Assembly (NCBI GenBank): GCA_964578745.1
Contig: CAZODZ010000004.1
Location: forward strand, 1-57,832
Length of the DNA: 57,832 bases
Origin: an uncultured Dehalococcoidales bacterium
GTDB lineage: Bacteria; Chloroflexota; Dehalococcoidia; GIF9; AB-539-J10
Direction: 5' to 3'
Shown here: in pieces, positions 10,871-21,588 of the stretch
How positions within the stretch are numbered: the stretch's first letter is position 1
How the letters are laid out: every line of letters starts with the position of its first letter
The notes under the pieces: model-generated
Seen by the model: the letters and a program-made list of their open reading frames with translations, nothing else
Database searches by the model: none
Told to the model about the DNA's origin: nothing
Position numbers and translations under genes: made by a program

Positions 10871-11920
10871 ATGCGAAGCACGGTCTCATTTGTGGTGTTG
10901 GCGGCCCTTGTTGCCGGTCTATTCATTGCACACGGCGTTGCCGGTGGTGCCAGCGTGGCGGAAGCCGCCGAGACCATCCTCGTTGAGTCGACCAACGGTG
11001 GCACTGGAACGCCCTCGACCGCCGGCACCGCATCTTCCGACACCAGAGGAACGGGCAACACAGAAGAGGTGGTGAGGCAAGCCGGCATTGCGGCAACACC
11101 GGAGCAGCGTCTCGCGGTTGCCGACCGCTGGGGCCTTGCACGTATCAACGTGTCCCCGGCGTGGGACACCGCGGGTACATTCGCGCCGGTGCTGGTAGCT
11201 GTGCTCGACACCGGGATCGATCCGGAGGCCGCATGTGCCAGTCGCGTCAGGGCAGCTATCGACTTTTCAGGCGAAGGCAGCACCGTCGACGAACACGGCC
11301 ACGGAACCCACATGATGGATACCATCGCCGCTATCGCACCAAACGCTTCCTTCCTCAATGTGAAAGTCGCCGACAGGCGTGGACGCTGCGAGACCGGCAC
11401 CGTTGCCAATGCAATCCGCTGGGCCGCTGACCGGGGCGCCGACGTGATAAATGTAAGCCTCGAGGTCGCCGCATCACCCGAACTCGAAGCCGCCGTCCGA
11501 CATGCGTGGAGCAAAGGTGCCATCGTCGTTGCCGCTGCCGGCAACAATGGATCAACCGAACCTGCCTTCCCTGCCGCCTACGAGGAGGCCATTGCGGTGG
11601 CCGCCTCAAACGAGCAGGACGGGCTCGCCGTTCTTTCCAACCACGGCGACTGGATCGACATAGCCGCACCTGGCTTCAGGATCTACGCAGAGGCCCTGGA
11701 CGGAAACTACGACGTTGAGACCGGCACCTCGCCGGCTGCCGCACACGTGTCCGGTGTTGCCGCACTGCTCTATGGCATTGCAGAGGACTCCAACGACAAC
11801 GGAATGGTGAACGACGAGGTACGCGAGGCGCTCGAAGCCTCGGCGAGACCACTCGACATTGCAGGGACCGGCAGCGGGCTCGTCGACGCCTGCGCCGCCG
11901 TGCAACTGCTGCTCGCCTGA
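10871..11920 (+). CDS. Secreted S8 subtilisin-like serine peptidase
   Basis: Signal peptide; triad VLDTG / HGTH / GTSPA; oxyanion AAGN. Confidence 0.9.
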   Translation: MRSTVSFVVLAALVAGLFIAHGVAGGASVAEAAETILVESTNGGTGTPSTAGTASSDTRGTGNTEEVVRQAGIAATPEQRLAVADRWGLARINVSPAWDTAGTFAPVLVAVLDTGIDPEAACASRVRAAIDFSGEGSTVDEHGHGTHMMDTIAAIAPNASFLNVKVADRRGRCETGTVANAIRWAADRGADVINVSLEVAASPELEAAVRHAWSKGAIVVAAAGNNGSTEPAFPAAYEEAIAVAASNEQDGLAVLSNHGDWIDIAAPGFRIYAEALDGNYDVETGTSPAAAHVSGVAALLYGIAEDSNDNGMVNDEVREALEASARPLDIAGTGSGLVDACAAVQLLLA

Positions 11921-12276
11921 ACCTGTTCGTTTCTCAACCCGACATTTCTCGACAACAGCTGCGCGCTCGCCACATCATGGGGCAAACCGGCAACTGTTCA
12001 CAGGGATACACTGCGCCGTCCGGCCACGTTCCAACATGCTCCACACCCTAGCGTTCCCCGTATCAGCAGCTTGCACACTCGCGCGCTTGCCGCCATCGCC
12101 AGCCCAGGCACCATCTACGTCTCAGACTGAGATGACATTGACACATCGCACCTTGCACGGCAACATGAATCATTCTCGGGAAAAGATGATTCCTGGGCGG
12201 GCCGCTGACGGCACGCAGCCTCCTCCGGATGCCGCTCCCTTGTCAGCAAGCAGCGGCAGAGGCAACATCCGTGGAT

Positions 12277-14526
12277 ATGCAGGACCTTGGCCGAATGGTG
12301 TTGCGCTGGCGCTATGTGCTGCTGGTGATGATCGCTGTGGTGTCTGTGTTATCCACCCTATCGCTGACTGACCTGGAGACGCGAGATGACGAGACAACGT
12401 GGATGGACGAGGACAGCCAGGCGCGCATCGATTACGACTACTTCCGCGAGTTGTTCGGGTCCGACCGCTTCATAGTAGTCGCCTATGAGACGCCGGACGC
12501 CTTCAGTGCCGAAGAGATCGAATACCTGGACTACCTGACCAGCCGACTCGGCAGCCTTCCCCATGTCTCCGAAGCCATCAGCTTGACGACGATCAAGGAG
12601 ACACGCATGACAGGTGCCGGCAGCGCCAGCCGGACCTTCCTGAAACGCTCAGACGCCCCCTGCAGTGAGGCCGAGCGCAGCCTGCTCGAGGCGCGCATTG
12701 CCGCAAACCCACTTGTCGATGGAGCACTGGTATCCGGTGACCGGCGGATGCTTGCGATAGTACTCAAGGTGACAAGCACACTCAACGGAGAGACTTACCG
12801 GGCCATCACGAATGCGCTGGATGCCAGCCTCGACTACGAGTCGCGCCTCACCGGCAGACACTTCTATTACGGCGGCGGACCGGTGTACGACGCAAAAATC
12901 AACGCCATCATGGAACGCGACGTCAGGGTGTTCACCCCACTGGTGTTGGTGCTTTCCGGCATTGTCCTGTTCTGGCTGTTCCATAGCTGGAGAGCGGCGG
13001 CGCTCACACTGCTCGCCGTTGTACTTGCAATGCTGTGGACCTTCGGCCTGAAGGGAGCAACCGGCTCACCGGTGACGCCAGTCTCGACAACCCTAGTTGC
13101 TCTTATCGTCATAATCGGGGTTGCGAATTCAGTCCATTTCATCTCCCACTATCAGCTTGAGCTGACAAGGGCACGGTCACCGGAAGAGGCAATGGTGGAC
13201 ACGTTCTCAAGGGCCGGGACTCCCTGCCTCCTTACGTCGCTGACGACAGCCGTGGGCTTCGCATCGCTGATAGTGAGCGATATCCCCCTCATCCGGCACC
13301 TCGGTACGTACGCGGGCTTCGGCATCATGAGTGCATTCGTTCTTACGATGATATTGGTGCCTGTTGGACTAAGGAACTCGCCCGTGCGGGCAAGACAGAA
13401 AGCCGGCCCGCACGACATCTGGGCATCCACAGGAGCATTCGTAGTGCAGCATTCCCAGGTCGTCCTCCTTGCCTGGGCTGCGTTCGCACTGGTGGTGGCA
13501 CTCGGCGTATTCAAGGTTGAAGTCGAACCGTCGATGACCGGTTATCTCAAGCCGGACTCGCCGACACGCCAGGCAGCCGACGTTATCGACGAGAGGATGG
13601 CAGGTTCATCGAGCATCGAGCTGCTGCTCCAGGGACCGCCTAGTTCATTCGAAAGCGTGTCTGTTCTCCACACTATCGAGCGCCTCCAGAACTCGCTGGA
13701 GAATCGCGCACACGTGGCACAGACAATTTCGGCCGCGGACTTCGTAGTGCAGGTCAGTGGAGGACGGTTGCCCCTGTCAGATACGCAGGCTGAGAGGGCG
13801 CTCACCTGCCTGGCACGTGAAGACACCAGCAACTTCTCCGAGTACTACGTGCAGGGAGACATCGACTCAATGCGCATCTGCATCAGAACGAAGCAGATGC
13901 CCATGAGGGAACGAGAGGACATTATCCATCAGATTGAGGACTTCGCAAGGGATAACCTCCAGGGCTTCTCGTTCACAATCACCGGCGCCGAGGGGCTTGT
14001 AAGTGCCGTCACCATCGACGTGGTCAGAACCCAGATCCTGAGCGTTATCATCGCGGTGGCGGTCATACTCGGTCTCATGGTGCTGTTCTTTGGAGGCCGG
14101 GGGGCACTCGCTGCAATCATGCCAAACGTCATGCCGATCCTGATTCTCTTCGGCGTAATGGGGCTCGGAGGGTTCGAACTCAACATCGCAACGACCACCG
14201 TAGCAGCCATCTGCATTGGACTGGTGGTCGACGACACGATCCACTACTTCAGTCATTTTCGTCGACTCGTGATTGAGTCCGGTCAGCCGGAACAGGCCGC
14301 AGTAACCGCGCTCCAGGAAGTAGGCAGCGCTTTCGCCTTTACTGCACTCACCCTCTCGCTGGGCTTCTGCGTCTTCATGCTGTCAGAGTCAGCCTTCCTG
14401 GTCCAGTTCGGCATCCTTTCGGTCACAGCGCTTGTTACAGCATTCGTCGCGGACATAACGGTGGGACCTGCTATCCTGTCACGTTACTCCGTGTTCGGTC
14501 GTACCCGCCAGAGCAATAAGAGTTGA
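12277..14526 (+). CDS. MMPL/RND-family membrane transporter
   Basis: Two hydrophobic multi-helix halves with IGVANSVH and GLVVDDTIH motifs and two extracytoplasmic loops; start approximate. Confidence 0.88.
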   Translation: MQDLGRMVLRWRYVLLVMIAVVSVLSTLSLTDLETRDDETTWMDEDSQARIDYDYFRELFGSDRFIVVAYETPDAFSAEEIEYLDYLTSRLGSLPHVSEAISLTTIKETRMTGAGSASRTFLKRSDAPCSEAERSLLEARIAANPLVDGALVSGDRRMLAIVLKVTSTLNGETYRAITNALDASLDYESRLTGRHFYYGGGPVYDAKINAIMERDVRVFTPLVLVLSGIVLFWLFHSWRAAALTLLAVVLAMLWTFGLKGATGSPVTPVSTTLVALIVIIGVANSVHFISHYQLELTRARSPEEAMVDTFSRAGTPCLLTSLTTAVGFASLIVSDIPLIRHLGTYAGFGIMSAFVLTMILVPVGLRNSPVRARQKAGPHDIWASTGAFVVQHSQVVLLAWAAFALVVALGVFKVEVEPSMTGYLKPDSPTRQAADVIDERMAGSSSIELLLQGPPSSFESVSVLHTIERLQNSLENRAHVAQTISAADFVVQVSGGRLPLSDTQAERALTCLAREDTSNFSEYYVQGDIDSMRICIRTKQMPMREREDIIHQIEDFARDNLQGFSFTITGAEGLVSAVTIDVVRTQILSVIIAVAVILGLMVLFFGGRGALAAIMPNVMPILILFGVMGLGGFELNIATTTVAAICIGLVVDDTIHYFSHFRRLVIESGQPEQAAVTALQEVGSAFAFTALTLSLGFCVFMLSESAFLVQFGILSVTALVTAFVADITVGPAILSRYSVFGRTRQSNKS

Positions 14527-14535
14527 AGCCTGCCG

Positions 14536-15879
14536 CTATTCAAGGAGGCTCGCTGGCAGCGAGCCCTCGCGACGCATCGCCTGGAGGGACGACTCGATAG
14601 CCTCGAGCGTGGCTGCGACATCTTCCCCCGTATGCACACACGAGAACACATACATGCTTCCACGGAACGATGCGACGCCCCTCTGCAGCAAATGAAGACC
14701 AAGACGTTCCTTGACCGGGCCGTACTGCGCATCGACAAGTCGGCTGACGTCGTTCGATGGCGCCTCGAAGTCAGGATCGAACGACTCCATCTCAACCGGG
14801 CCGAAATAGAGATGGACGATGCTGCGACCGTAGAGCCGTGCGCGCACGCCGAGTCGCCGCAGGAGTTCGTTACCCTCGTCCCTAAAGCGACGCGCCATGG
14901 AAGTTGCTTCCCGCTGTGGCTTGCCGTCAACGTACAGCGAACACGCGGCCGCACCAGCTGCTGCCGCCAGTGGGTGCGCGTTCCACGTACCGGCATGAAT
15001 TACGCGTCTGTTCGCGGGTGCATCCGGAGCGAGTGCCTCAAAAATGTCCGCCCTCCCAACGACAGCACCCATGGGGACACCACCACCTGCACACTTGCCA
15101 ATGGTGGAAAGATCCGGCCTCACCCCCACCAGCTCCTGCCAGCCACCGGGCGCATCGCGGAAACCCGTGACCACCTCATCCAGACAGTACAGCGTCCCGT
15201 GCTTACGCGCGAATTCAGGAAGGACACGCTGAAAGTCAAGAGCAATCGGCACCTGCCCTGCCATGTGTCCGCCACCGCCTTCAGATAGCACAAGCGCGTA
15301 CTCCTCCGTTGCCAGTTCACGCTCCAGGGCAACCGGATCGTTGAACGGAATGACGGTCACTTCCTCCGCAAGACAGCCAGGGGCACCAGCATACGCCAGC
15401 CCGTCAGCCCATCCGTGGTAGTTCTCGGCAAACCGCAGGACCTTGCGTCGACCCGTATATACGCGGGCGAGGCGTATCGCCATCATGTTGGCCTCCTGAC
15501 CGGCAGCACAGAACTCAACACGCTCGGCGACGGGCATCATGCGGGCAATCAGTTCGGCCCAGCGCACCTCCAACTCATGGTTCTCTCCGTAATGCAGACC
15601 CTTGCGGACCTGCTCAGTAACCGCTTCAACAATCACAGGGTGGCCGTGTCCCAGTATGAGGGCACCGTGACCCATCACGTAATCGATATAGCCGTTACCG
15701 TCCACATCCCATTTCCTCGAGCCCTCCGCACGAATGATGTAAGGACCGAACGGCCTGTTAGCCCGTGCCACATGCGTGGCACCGGCAGCACTGAAGTACC
15801 TGACAGCCTCGTTATGAAGGCGGGCCGAGCCTGGATGTGTGTCTGTGAATCGCTTTGTCAGTTCATCAGTCCAGTCCAC
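14536..15879 (-). CDS. Class III PLP aminotransferase (glutamate-1-semialdehyde aminomutase-like)
   Basis: WDVDGNGYID, DEVVTGFR, TIGKCAGGG (PLP Lys), GTWNAHP; GTG 15879 after AGGAGG. Confidence 0.88.
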   Translation of the reverse strand: MDWTDELTKRFTDTHPGSARLHNEAVRYFSAAGATHVARANRPFGPYIIRAEGSRKWDVDGNGYIDYVMGHGALILGHGHPVIVEAVTEQVRKGLHYGENHELEVRWAELIARMMPVAERVEFCAAGQEANMMAIRLARVYTGRRKVLRFAENYHGWADGLAYAGAPGCLAEEVTVIPFNDPVALERELATEEYALVLSEGGGGHMAGQVPIALDFQRVLPEFARKHGTLYCLDEVVTGFRDAPGGWQELVGVRPDLSTIGKCAGGGVPMGAVVGRADIFEALAPDAPANRRVIHAGTWNAHPLAAAAGAAACSLYVDGKPQREATSMARRFRDEGNELLRRLGVRARLYGRSIVHLYFGPVEMESFDPDFEAPSNDVSRLVDAQYGPVKERLGLHLLQRGVASFRGSMYVFSCVHTGEDVAATLEAIESSLQAMRREGSLPASLLE

Positions 15880-16017
15880 CGGCTGTCCTCCTGCGGATGC
15901 AAACAATGTGCGCGTGATCGGTGAACAACGAGAGTACCACGACCCGATGCCAGTCCGCACGCGCGATCCGGACGGGCCCGTGGGACCGTCTCCACGACAA
16001 GACAAGGAGGACAACAG

Positions 16018-16035
16018 AGATTGTGTCGACAATCT
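16018..16035. promoter_or_regulatory. Perfect inverted repeat, candidate operator between divergent genes
   Basis: AGATTGT-GTCG-ACAATCT between aminotransferase and permease starts. Confidence 0.4.
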
Positions 16036-16216
16036 TGTGGACAGCGGCATATTGATGTCAGCACGGGATGGCGGCCAGTTTGTGGATTAGACTGTTCACT
16101 ACCAGCAAGGCTGTATCCGGGGCAACCGTGCAGCCGGGCCATGTCCGCGCAGATATCGGATTTTGACCGGCAGCAATTGGTCAGCTATGCTGCCACATCG
16201 CAAAGGAGGGAACCCT

Positions 16217-17248
16217 GTGGACATAGTCATGGACGTAGGGCGGCAGTTTGCACAGTACCTCGTTGAGGTACTGCCATACCTGGCGCTCGGCTTCTTCCTC
16301 AGCGGTATCATCCAGGTCTACGTGCCATCCAACTGGGTCGCAAAGCACCTTGGAGGCACTGGCCTCCGTCCGCTCATGTTCGCCACAGTGGCGGGCGCCG
16401 CGCTGCCGATATGCTGCATCGGATCCCTACCCGTAGCCATCAGCCTCCATGAGAAGGGCGCCCGCCTGGGCCCTGTCCTGGCGTTTCTCATCGCGACCCC
16501 CGCAACATCCGTCTCGGCACTGCTGGTGGCATATGGTCTTCTCGGTCTGACATTCACGGTATACATCTTCACCGCAGTAATAGTCCTCGGCCTTCTCATG
16601 GGCATCATCGGCAATCGCATTACGGTGTCCACCCCCGGCCCCGGCAAGCCAGGCGCCAGGGCCATTGATCCTGTCTGCGGGATGGAAGTCGATGCAGGCA
16701 AACCAACCGTCATCAGCACGGAATACGAAGGAACCACGTACTACTTCTGCTGCGACCTGTGCCGGCGCAAGTTCGCGAAGTCGCCTGCCGAGTACCCCGC
16801 AGTATGCACTGCCGAAGCATGCTCCTGCAGAACAGCTGGCGACAACAAGATGGCGCAGGCTCTGCGCCACGCCTTCGTCACCATGCCCCGGGATATCGGC
16901 CCCGAGATACTGCTCGGACTGGTGCTGGCCGCAGTCGTCGTCTCTGTCACAGCCATCGGCGGTTTCGTCAGAGGCTACCTCGCGGGTCTTGAAGCCTACG
17001 CCTTGGCAATACCAGTAGGTATCGTCATGTACACATGCTCTACTGCAAGCGTGCCCCTCGTCCACGCGCTCATCACGCAGGGAATGAACGCCGGGACAGG
17101 AATGGCCCTCCTCATCGTCGGGCCGGTGACAAGCTGGAGCACGATACTGGTGCTCCGGAAAGAGTTCGGGAGCAGAACGCTGGCCATATACCTCGTACTC
17201 ATAAGCCTGCTGTCACTCGCAGCAGGACTCGTCTACGACCTGCTCTGA
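16217..17248 (+). CDS. DUF318/ArsP-like permease with inserted YHS domain
   Basis: PICCIGSLP and YTCSTASVP repeat motifs; central DPVCGM...YYFCCDLC; GTG after AAGGAGG. Confidence 0.85.
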   Translation: MDIVMDVGRQFAQYLVEVLPYLALGFFLSGIIQVYVPSNWVAKHLGGTGLRPLMFATVAGAALPICCIGSLPVAISLHEKGARLGPVLAFLIATPATSVSALLVAYGLLGLTFTVYIFTAVIVLGLLMGIIGNRITVSTPGPGKPGARAIDPVCGMEVDAGKPTVISTEYEGTTYYFCCDLCRRKFAKSPAEYPAVCTAEACSCRTAGDNKMAQALRHAFVTMPRDIGPEILLGLVLAAVVVSVTAIGGFVRGYLAGLEAYALAIPVGIVMYTCSTASVPLVHALITQGMNAGTGMALLIVGPVTSWSTILVLRKEFGSRTLAIYLVLISLLSLAAGLVYDLL

Positions 17249-17513
17249 ACACGGACTTGGCCGGGAAAATACCCGGACCCTGCCGGCATCCGCGCTACGC
17301 CCGCATTGACAGATCAACCCTGCATTGGTATGGTCGAAGCCAGGAGGGCTCTGGTGTCGCCTCCAGTATCCCCGCTGGAGGACCCGATACCGGCACCAGA
17401 CCCGACTATTTTTCGGTTTTGCCTTCTACCCCACCCCAATTGGTACAAACAGCCGTTGTGACCTTCCGCGTGGCCATGGTACAGTCATCTTCTCTTCCGC
17501 TAAGGAGGTTGGC

Positions 17514-17891
17514 ATGGCAGAACGTGAAGCACTTTCCATCCCGGGAGCGCCCCCACCTATTGCCCCATTCTCCCCAGCCATCAAGGCAGCCGGTCTTGTG
17601 TTCGTGTCAGGACAGCTGCCACTCAACACGGCGGGAACAATGCCCGAGGGCATCGCCGCACAGACACGCCAGTGCCTGGAGAACATCAAGGCGCTTGTTG
17701 AAGCGGCAGGCTCGAGCATGGACAGGGTGCTCAAGTGCACCGTATTCCTCACTAACTTTGATGACTTCAGCAAGATGAACGAGGTGTACGGCCAGTACTT
17801 CCAGGGCGCACCGCCGGCACGCGCGGCTGTCGAGGTATCGAGACTGGCACGGGGTGCCCTAGTTGAGATCGAGGCTGTCGCACTGGCCTGA
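17514..17891 (+). CDS. ridA: RidA/YjgF family enamine/imine deaminase
   Basis: SGQLP, MNEVY, PPARAAV (catalytic Arg), VEIEA; TAAGGAGG RBS. Confidence 0.9.
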   Translation: MAEREALSIPGAPPPIAPFSPAIKAAGLVFVSGQLPLNTAGTMPEGIAAQTRQCLENIKALVEAAGSSMDRVLKCTVFLTNFDDFSKMNEVYGQYFQGAPPARAAVEVSRLARGALVEIEAVALA

Positions 17892-17896
17892 CGTGT

Positions 17897-18262
17897 TCAG
17901 GCGCGATTGGTGAGCGTGCCGCCTACACCGACGCCTACGCCGATGCCGAGTGGCACCGCTACCTCTTCGAGGACTTTTGCCACCGCAGCTTTGAGCGATT
18001 TCCTCTGCTCGGACGAGACCTGATAGCGTGTCTTGACGAGGCGGGCTATGGTTGTCGCAAGGTCCATCTGGAGATCGAGACGCCCGGGAGCCCGTTCCGC
18101 CAGTTCACGCATCCTCAACCGCAACAGCGCGATCTCCTCGTCAATGCCGTCGACCTGCACCGCGCTTTCAAACTGTACCCGCTCCGCTGCAGTCAATGCA
18201 CGTGCATAGAATGCGGTATCGTCAGGGCTGCTGCTCGACTTGCGTGCTTTCCCCACGCTCAT
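17897..18262 (-). CDS. Hypothetical protein resembling phage terminase small-subunit-like proteins
   Basis: FYARAL...GIDEEIALLR...LVKTRY pattern recalled from memory; 121 aa. Confidence 0.55.
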   Translation of the reverse strand: MSVGKARKSSSSPDDTAFYARALTAAERVQFESAVQVDGIDEEIALLRLRMRELAERAPGRLDLQMDLATTIARLVKTRYQVSSEQRKSLKAAVAKVLEEVAVPLGIGVGVGVGGTLTNRA

Positions 18263-18480
18263 TCCGGGACCACCACCTCTTCAACAACGTCGCGCACATG
18301 ACATTCATCTGAAGCCCCTTTGTAGGTCGCCTGACACGTCTGAGTGCGCAGCGATTCGGTGAGAAGGCCATACACAATTCTGTACGCAGCGAGTTGATAG
18401 TGACCATTGTAGATGAGGTCTGGCAGCGTTCGTGTGCGGCAGCAAGACTGCACCGGGTGCGCGGCATGGCCTGCTGGCAT
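18259..18480 (-). CDS. Small hypothetical protein coupled to downstream gene
   Basis: Stop overlaps next ATG (ATGA); amphipathic helix YQLAAYRIVYGLL. Confidence 0.4.
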   Translation of the reverse strand: MPAGHAAHPVQSCCRTRTLPDLIYNGHYQLAAYRIVYGLLTESLRTQTCQATYKGASDECHVRDVVEEVVVPE

Positions 18481-18692
18481 ACAGTCTGCTTCTTTCATAC
18501 TTACAGTATACATCAACCCTACAACATATGGGAACAGGCGAGCAAGTAGACAGGGCATGGCAGCCCCTGCCATTGACTGCTACGCGCGGGACCGGCATAT
18601 GATAATGCCAGTCGGGCTGGCTTAAGTGCCTACGACAGCCGGTGTAGACAATGATACTATTGAAGTAGTGTGAGGCTGGCGGGAGCTACGCA

Positions 18693-19757
18693 ATGGGAGC
18701 AGCTGCTACAACAGGGCTGGTGATAATTGGCGGGCTCACCATCGTATTTCTGTCAGTAGGCCTCTACAGCCGGGTCGCCGCACTGAGCTGGGAACGGGCA
18801 CCCTATCCGCCAGGCAAGCTGGTGACCGCGGATGGCACTCGGCTCTACGTGCGCATCAAGGGCAGTGGCAGGCCAGTCGTCGTAATCGAGCCGGCGCTGG
18901 GCAGCCCAGGTGCCGAGTGGTGGCACATTCAGGACCAGCTTTCAGAGACAACGACTGTGGTCACGTATGACCGCGCGGGATACGGCTGGAGCCGGCCGGG
19001 CAAACGGCCAAGGACCAGTCGGCAGATAGTCAATGAACTCCACAGTATGCTTCACAACGCGGGACTCCCCACCCCCTATGTTCTTGTAGGTCACTCTCAG
19101 GGTGCACTGTACCTGCAACTGTTCGGCAGGCTCCACCCACATGAGGTTGCCAGTGCGGTCTTCCTCGACCCACTGTCATCGGACAACCAGCGGTTCGAGG
19201 CCGAACTGAAGCCCGATATCTACAAGAACAGCGGCGTCGACCGGCTTCCGCCCATCAAGTCACTGGGCACACTGCAGCGACTCGGGCTCATGCGCATGTT
19301 CAGGGGGACGGCCGAGACAAGGCTGCTTGCCCCACATCGCCACCTCCCTGCCACGACGCGAGAAGTCATATGGCAACACTACACCTTGCCAAAGGCCTGC
19401 GCCGCAATGGTCGATGAGTACAACCAGAACAGAACACCGGCCAACAGTGCAGAGGTGCGTAGTGCGGGGGAATTTCCCCACGTGCCGCTGAAGGTCATCT
19501 ACCACTCTCCTCATCACATGGTCAAGGATATGATGCGACGTGGAGGGCTGCAGCGCGACGATGCCGACGAAGTGGAGCTGATCTGGGAGCAGTTGACCCG
19601 TGGGTATCTGCGCCTTTCACCAAGAAGTGAGTGGATAGTAGCCAGCGAGAGCGGTCACTACATCCATCTCGACCAGCCAGATGTGGTACTCAGCGAGATC
19701 AAGGAACTTGTAAATGTAGTCCGCCAGAGCAGCGCGGAGGAATCGCAGACTGCGTGA
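18693..19757 (+). CDS. Alpha/beta hydrolase with N-terminal membrane anchor
   Basis: YDRAGYG, GHSQG nucleophile elbow, SGHYIH. Confidence 0.9.
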   Translation: MGAAATTGLVIIGGLTIVFLSVGLYSRVAALSWERAPYPPGKLVTADGTRLYVRIKGSGRPVVVIEPALGSPGAEWWHIQDQLSETTTVVTYDRAGYGWSRPGKRPRTSRQIVNELHSMLHNAGLPTPYVLVGHSQGALYLQLFGRLHPHEVASAVFLDPLSSDNQRFEAELKPDIYKNSGVDRLPPIKSLGTLQRLGLMRMFRGTAETRLLAPHRHLPATTREVIWQHYTLPKACAAMVDEYNQNRTPANSAEVRSAGEFPHVPLKVIYHSPHHMVKDMMRRGGLQRDDADEVELIWEQLTRGYLRLSPRSEWIVASESGHYIHLDQPDVVLSEIKELVNVVRQSSAEESQTA

Positions 19758-20477
19758 AGCGGGATGGCATCAGGGTAGAGCCACGCCAGGCTTCACCTTT
19801 TCTGCACAGGGTGTCAACATTTCGCCAGCCGCCAACGGAACAGCTCTGCCACTGATATCATCCACACACCCTGGGCGCGACAACAGGGAGCCGGCACACG
19901 ACGAGCCAGCCTGCGGTTATTGGATATTTCTGTTTCTGCCATGCAGATTCCACAAACCTGAAGGCAGCTCGATTCATCGCCCGCGGAGAATGCAGTTGTC
20001 CACACATCACCGCAACCATCGCCGACAGGTCCGACAGGAGCCCAACCGTCACCAGAGTCATAAGACTCTCTCTTCTTGCCGGTTTCCTCCTTCGCACCCA
20101 TCGGCTACTCGAAACACAGTGCTCAGATCTCAGGACCCGCACGAATCCCGGATTGTGGATCATCTGATATCCCGGCAAACGAGCAGGCGACTCTCCACAA
20201 CCTGCGCCCCGACACTTCCCCTGCCGCCTGTTATGGTCTGGGTACCAAAGTACACCTGTTCCACCCCGATGCTATACCTTTTCTTCTGCCAGGAACAAGG
20301 CGAAGTCTCCCAAATGCCATCTCTAACCACTTCCGCCTGCCCACTTTACTCGGGTAGACATTCTGAAATCGAGCACAGACCTGCATGTCACAGGACGTTC
20401 GGGTGATAGACAGAGGCCCACAGCCGCTGTCTAAATTTGGTCATGATAGACGATGACCGTGGAGGTTCTGGACACTA

Positions 20478-20672
20478 ATGGTACGACGCTCACGAATGTT
20501 CACGACCACAGAGGCTGCACGCTATCTGGGCGTGCACCCCAACACCATCCGGCGCTGGGAGGCTCAGGGCGTGCTTCCATGCTACAGACTGGGCACCCGC
20601 GGCGATCGCCGCTTCCTGCACGAAGAGATCGACCGATTTCTCCTTAAGTCGCGTTCTGACAACAGACAATAA
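20478..20672 (+). CDS. Excisionase/MerR-like helix-turn-helix DNA-binding protein
   Basis: TTTEAARYLGVHPNTIRRW...GDRRF; GGAGG RBS. Confidence 0.85.
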   Translation: MVRRSRMFTTTEAARYLGVHPNTIRRWEAQGVLPCYRLGTRGDRRFLHEEIDRFLLKSRSDNRQ

Positions 20673-20893
20673 AACGGAGACGAACAGGACTGCCGATACG
20701 TGTTCCTCCCACAAGACACTCGCGCTGCTGTGGCGCTGCCATTGCGTGCCACAAAGGAATTGAGCGGACAGTGTAACACCGCCAGGACTCTCCGTACCGA
20801 TGCGACGGACCACGACTCACGCTCCCCCTGTCTGCTGTTATCACAGCGGCAATCTGCTTGCACACTCACAGACCCAGTGATACCGTGCACCTC

Positions 20894-21586
20894 ATGCGGG
20901 CGCAGTGGGAGGACCTCGAACCAGCTTCGAGGGAACGGGTTGCGAGACACCGTGATGCGGTCAGAAGGTTAGAGTCCTTCACAGACACCGTCTTTGCGTT
21001 ATCCCTCGTCGCAGTTGTTGTCCGGGCTGGACTTTCACTTCCCGATGGGCTGTTGTCACAGACCGCACTCAGGAATGCGCTGCTCAGGGCCATCCCAGGA
21101 CTCTACGCGCACGCCGCCTGCGTTCTGTTCCTGCTGGTCTACTGGGTGCTGCACCACTACCAGTTCCGTTACCTCAGCCGTTCATCCGGCGGGCTTGTCT
21201 GGCTAACCGGGCTACTCATCGCTTTTGTCCTGCTGTTCCCGTTCACGGCCTCTCTCTTCAGCGCCTGCGGCGTGCTCGGCACCCCACTGCTCTTGTTCGA
21301 AGCAAACACCCTCACAATCCAACTGCTACTCACACTCACCTGGAGGTACACGGTGAAGAGAGGCCTGATGTTCGGCGGCGATGTGCCATCGGGCGTCGTC
21401 CGCCGCATGCGGGTGGCGCTGAAGCTGGGGGCCGTCTACATGGTGCTCGTAATGGGCCTCGCATTTGTCAGCCCGTACGTGAGCCTGGGCCTGCTCCTTG
21501 GCCTGGCACTGTTCTATGTGCTACTCACCGCACGCGGCGGCTACACCCTCGACATACTCCATCACACACCTCCCTCGGAGGAATAG
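20894..21586 (+). CDS. TMEM175/DUF1211 family membrane protein
   Basis: RLESFTDTVFAL (RLEAFSD-like) and YWVLHH motifs; start approximate. Confidence 0.75.
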   Translation: MRAQWEDLEPASRERVARHRDAVRRLESFTDTVFALSLVAVVVRAGLSLPDGLLSQTALRNALLRAIPGLYAHAACVLFLLVYWVLHHYQFRYLSRSSGGLVWLTGLLIAFVLLFPFTASLFSACGVLGTPLLLFEANTLTIQLLLTLTWRYTVKRGLMFGGDVPSGVVRRMRVALKLGAVYMVLVMGLAFVSPYVSLGLLLGLALFYVLLTARGGYTLDILHHTPPSEE

Positions 21587-21588
21587 GG

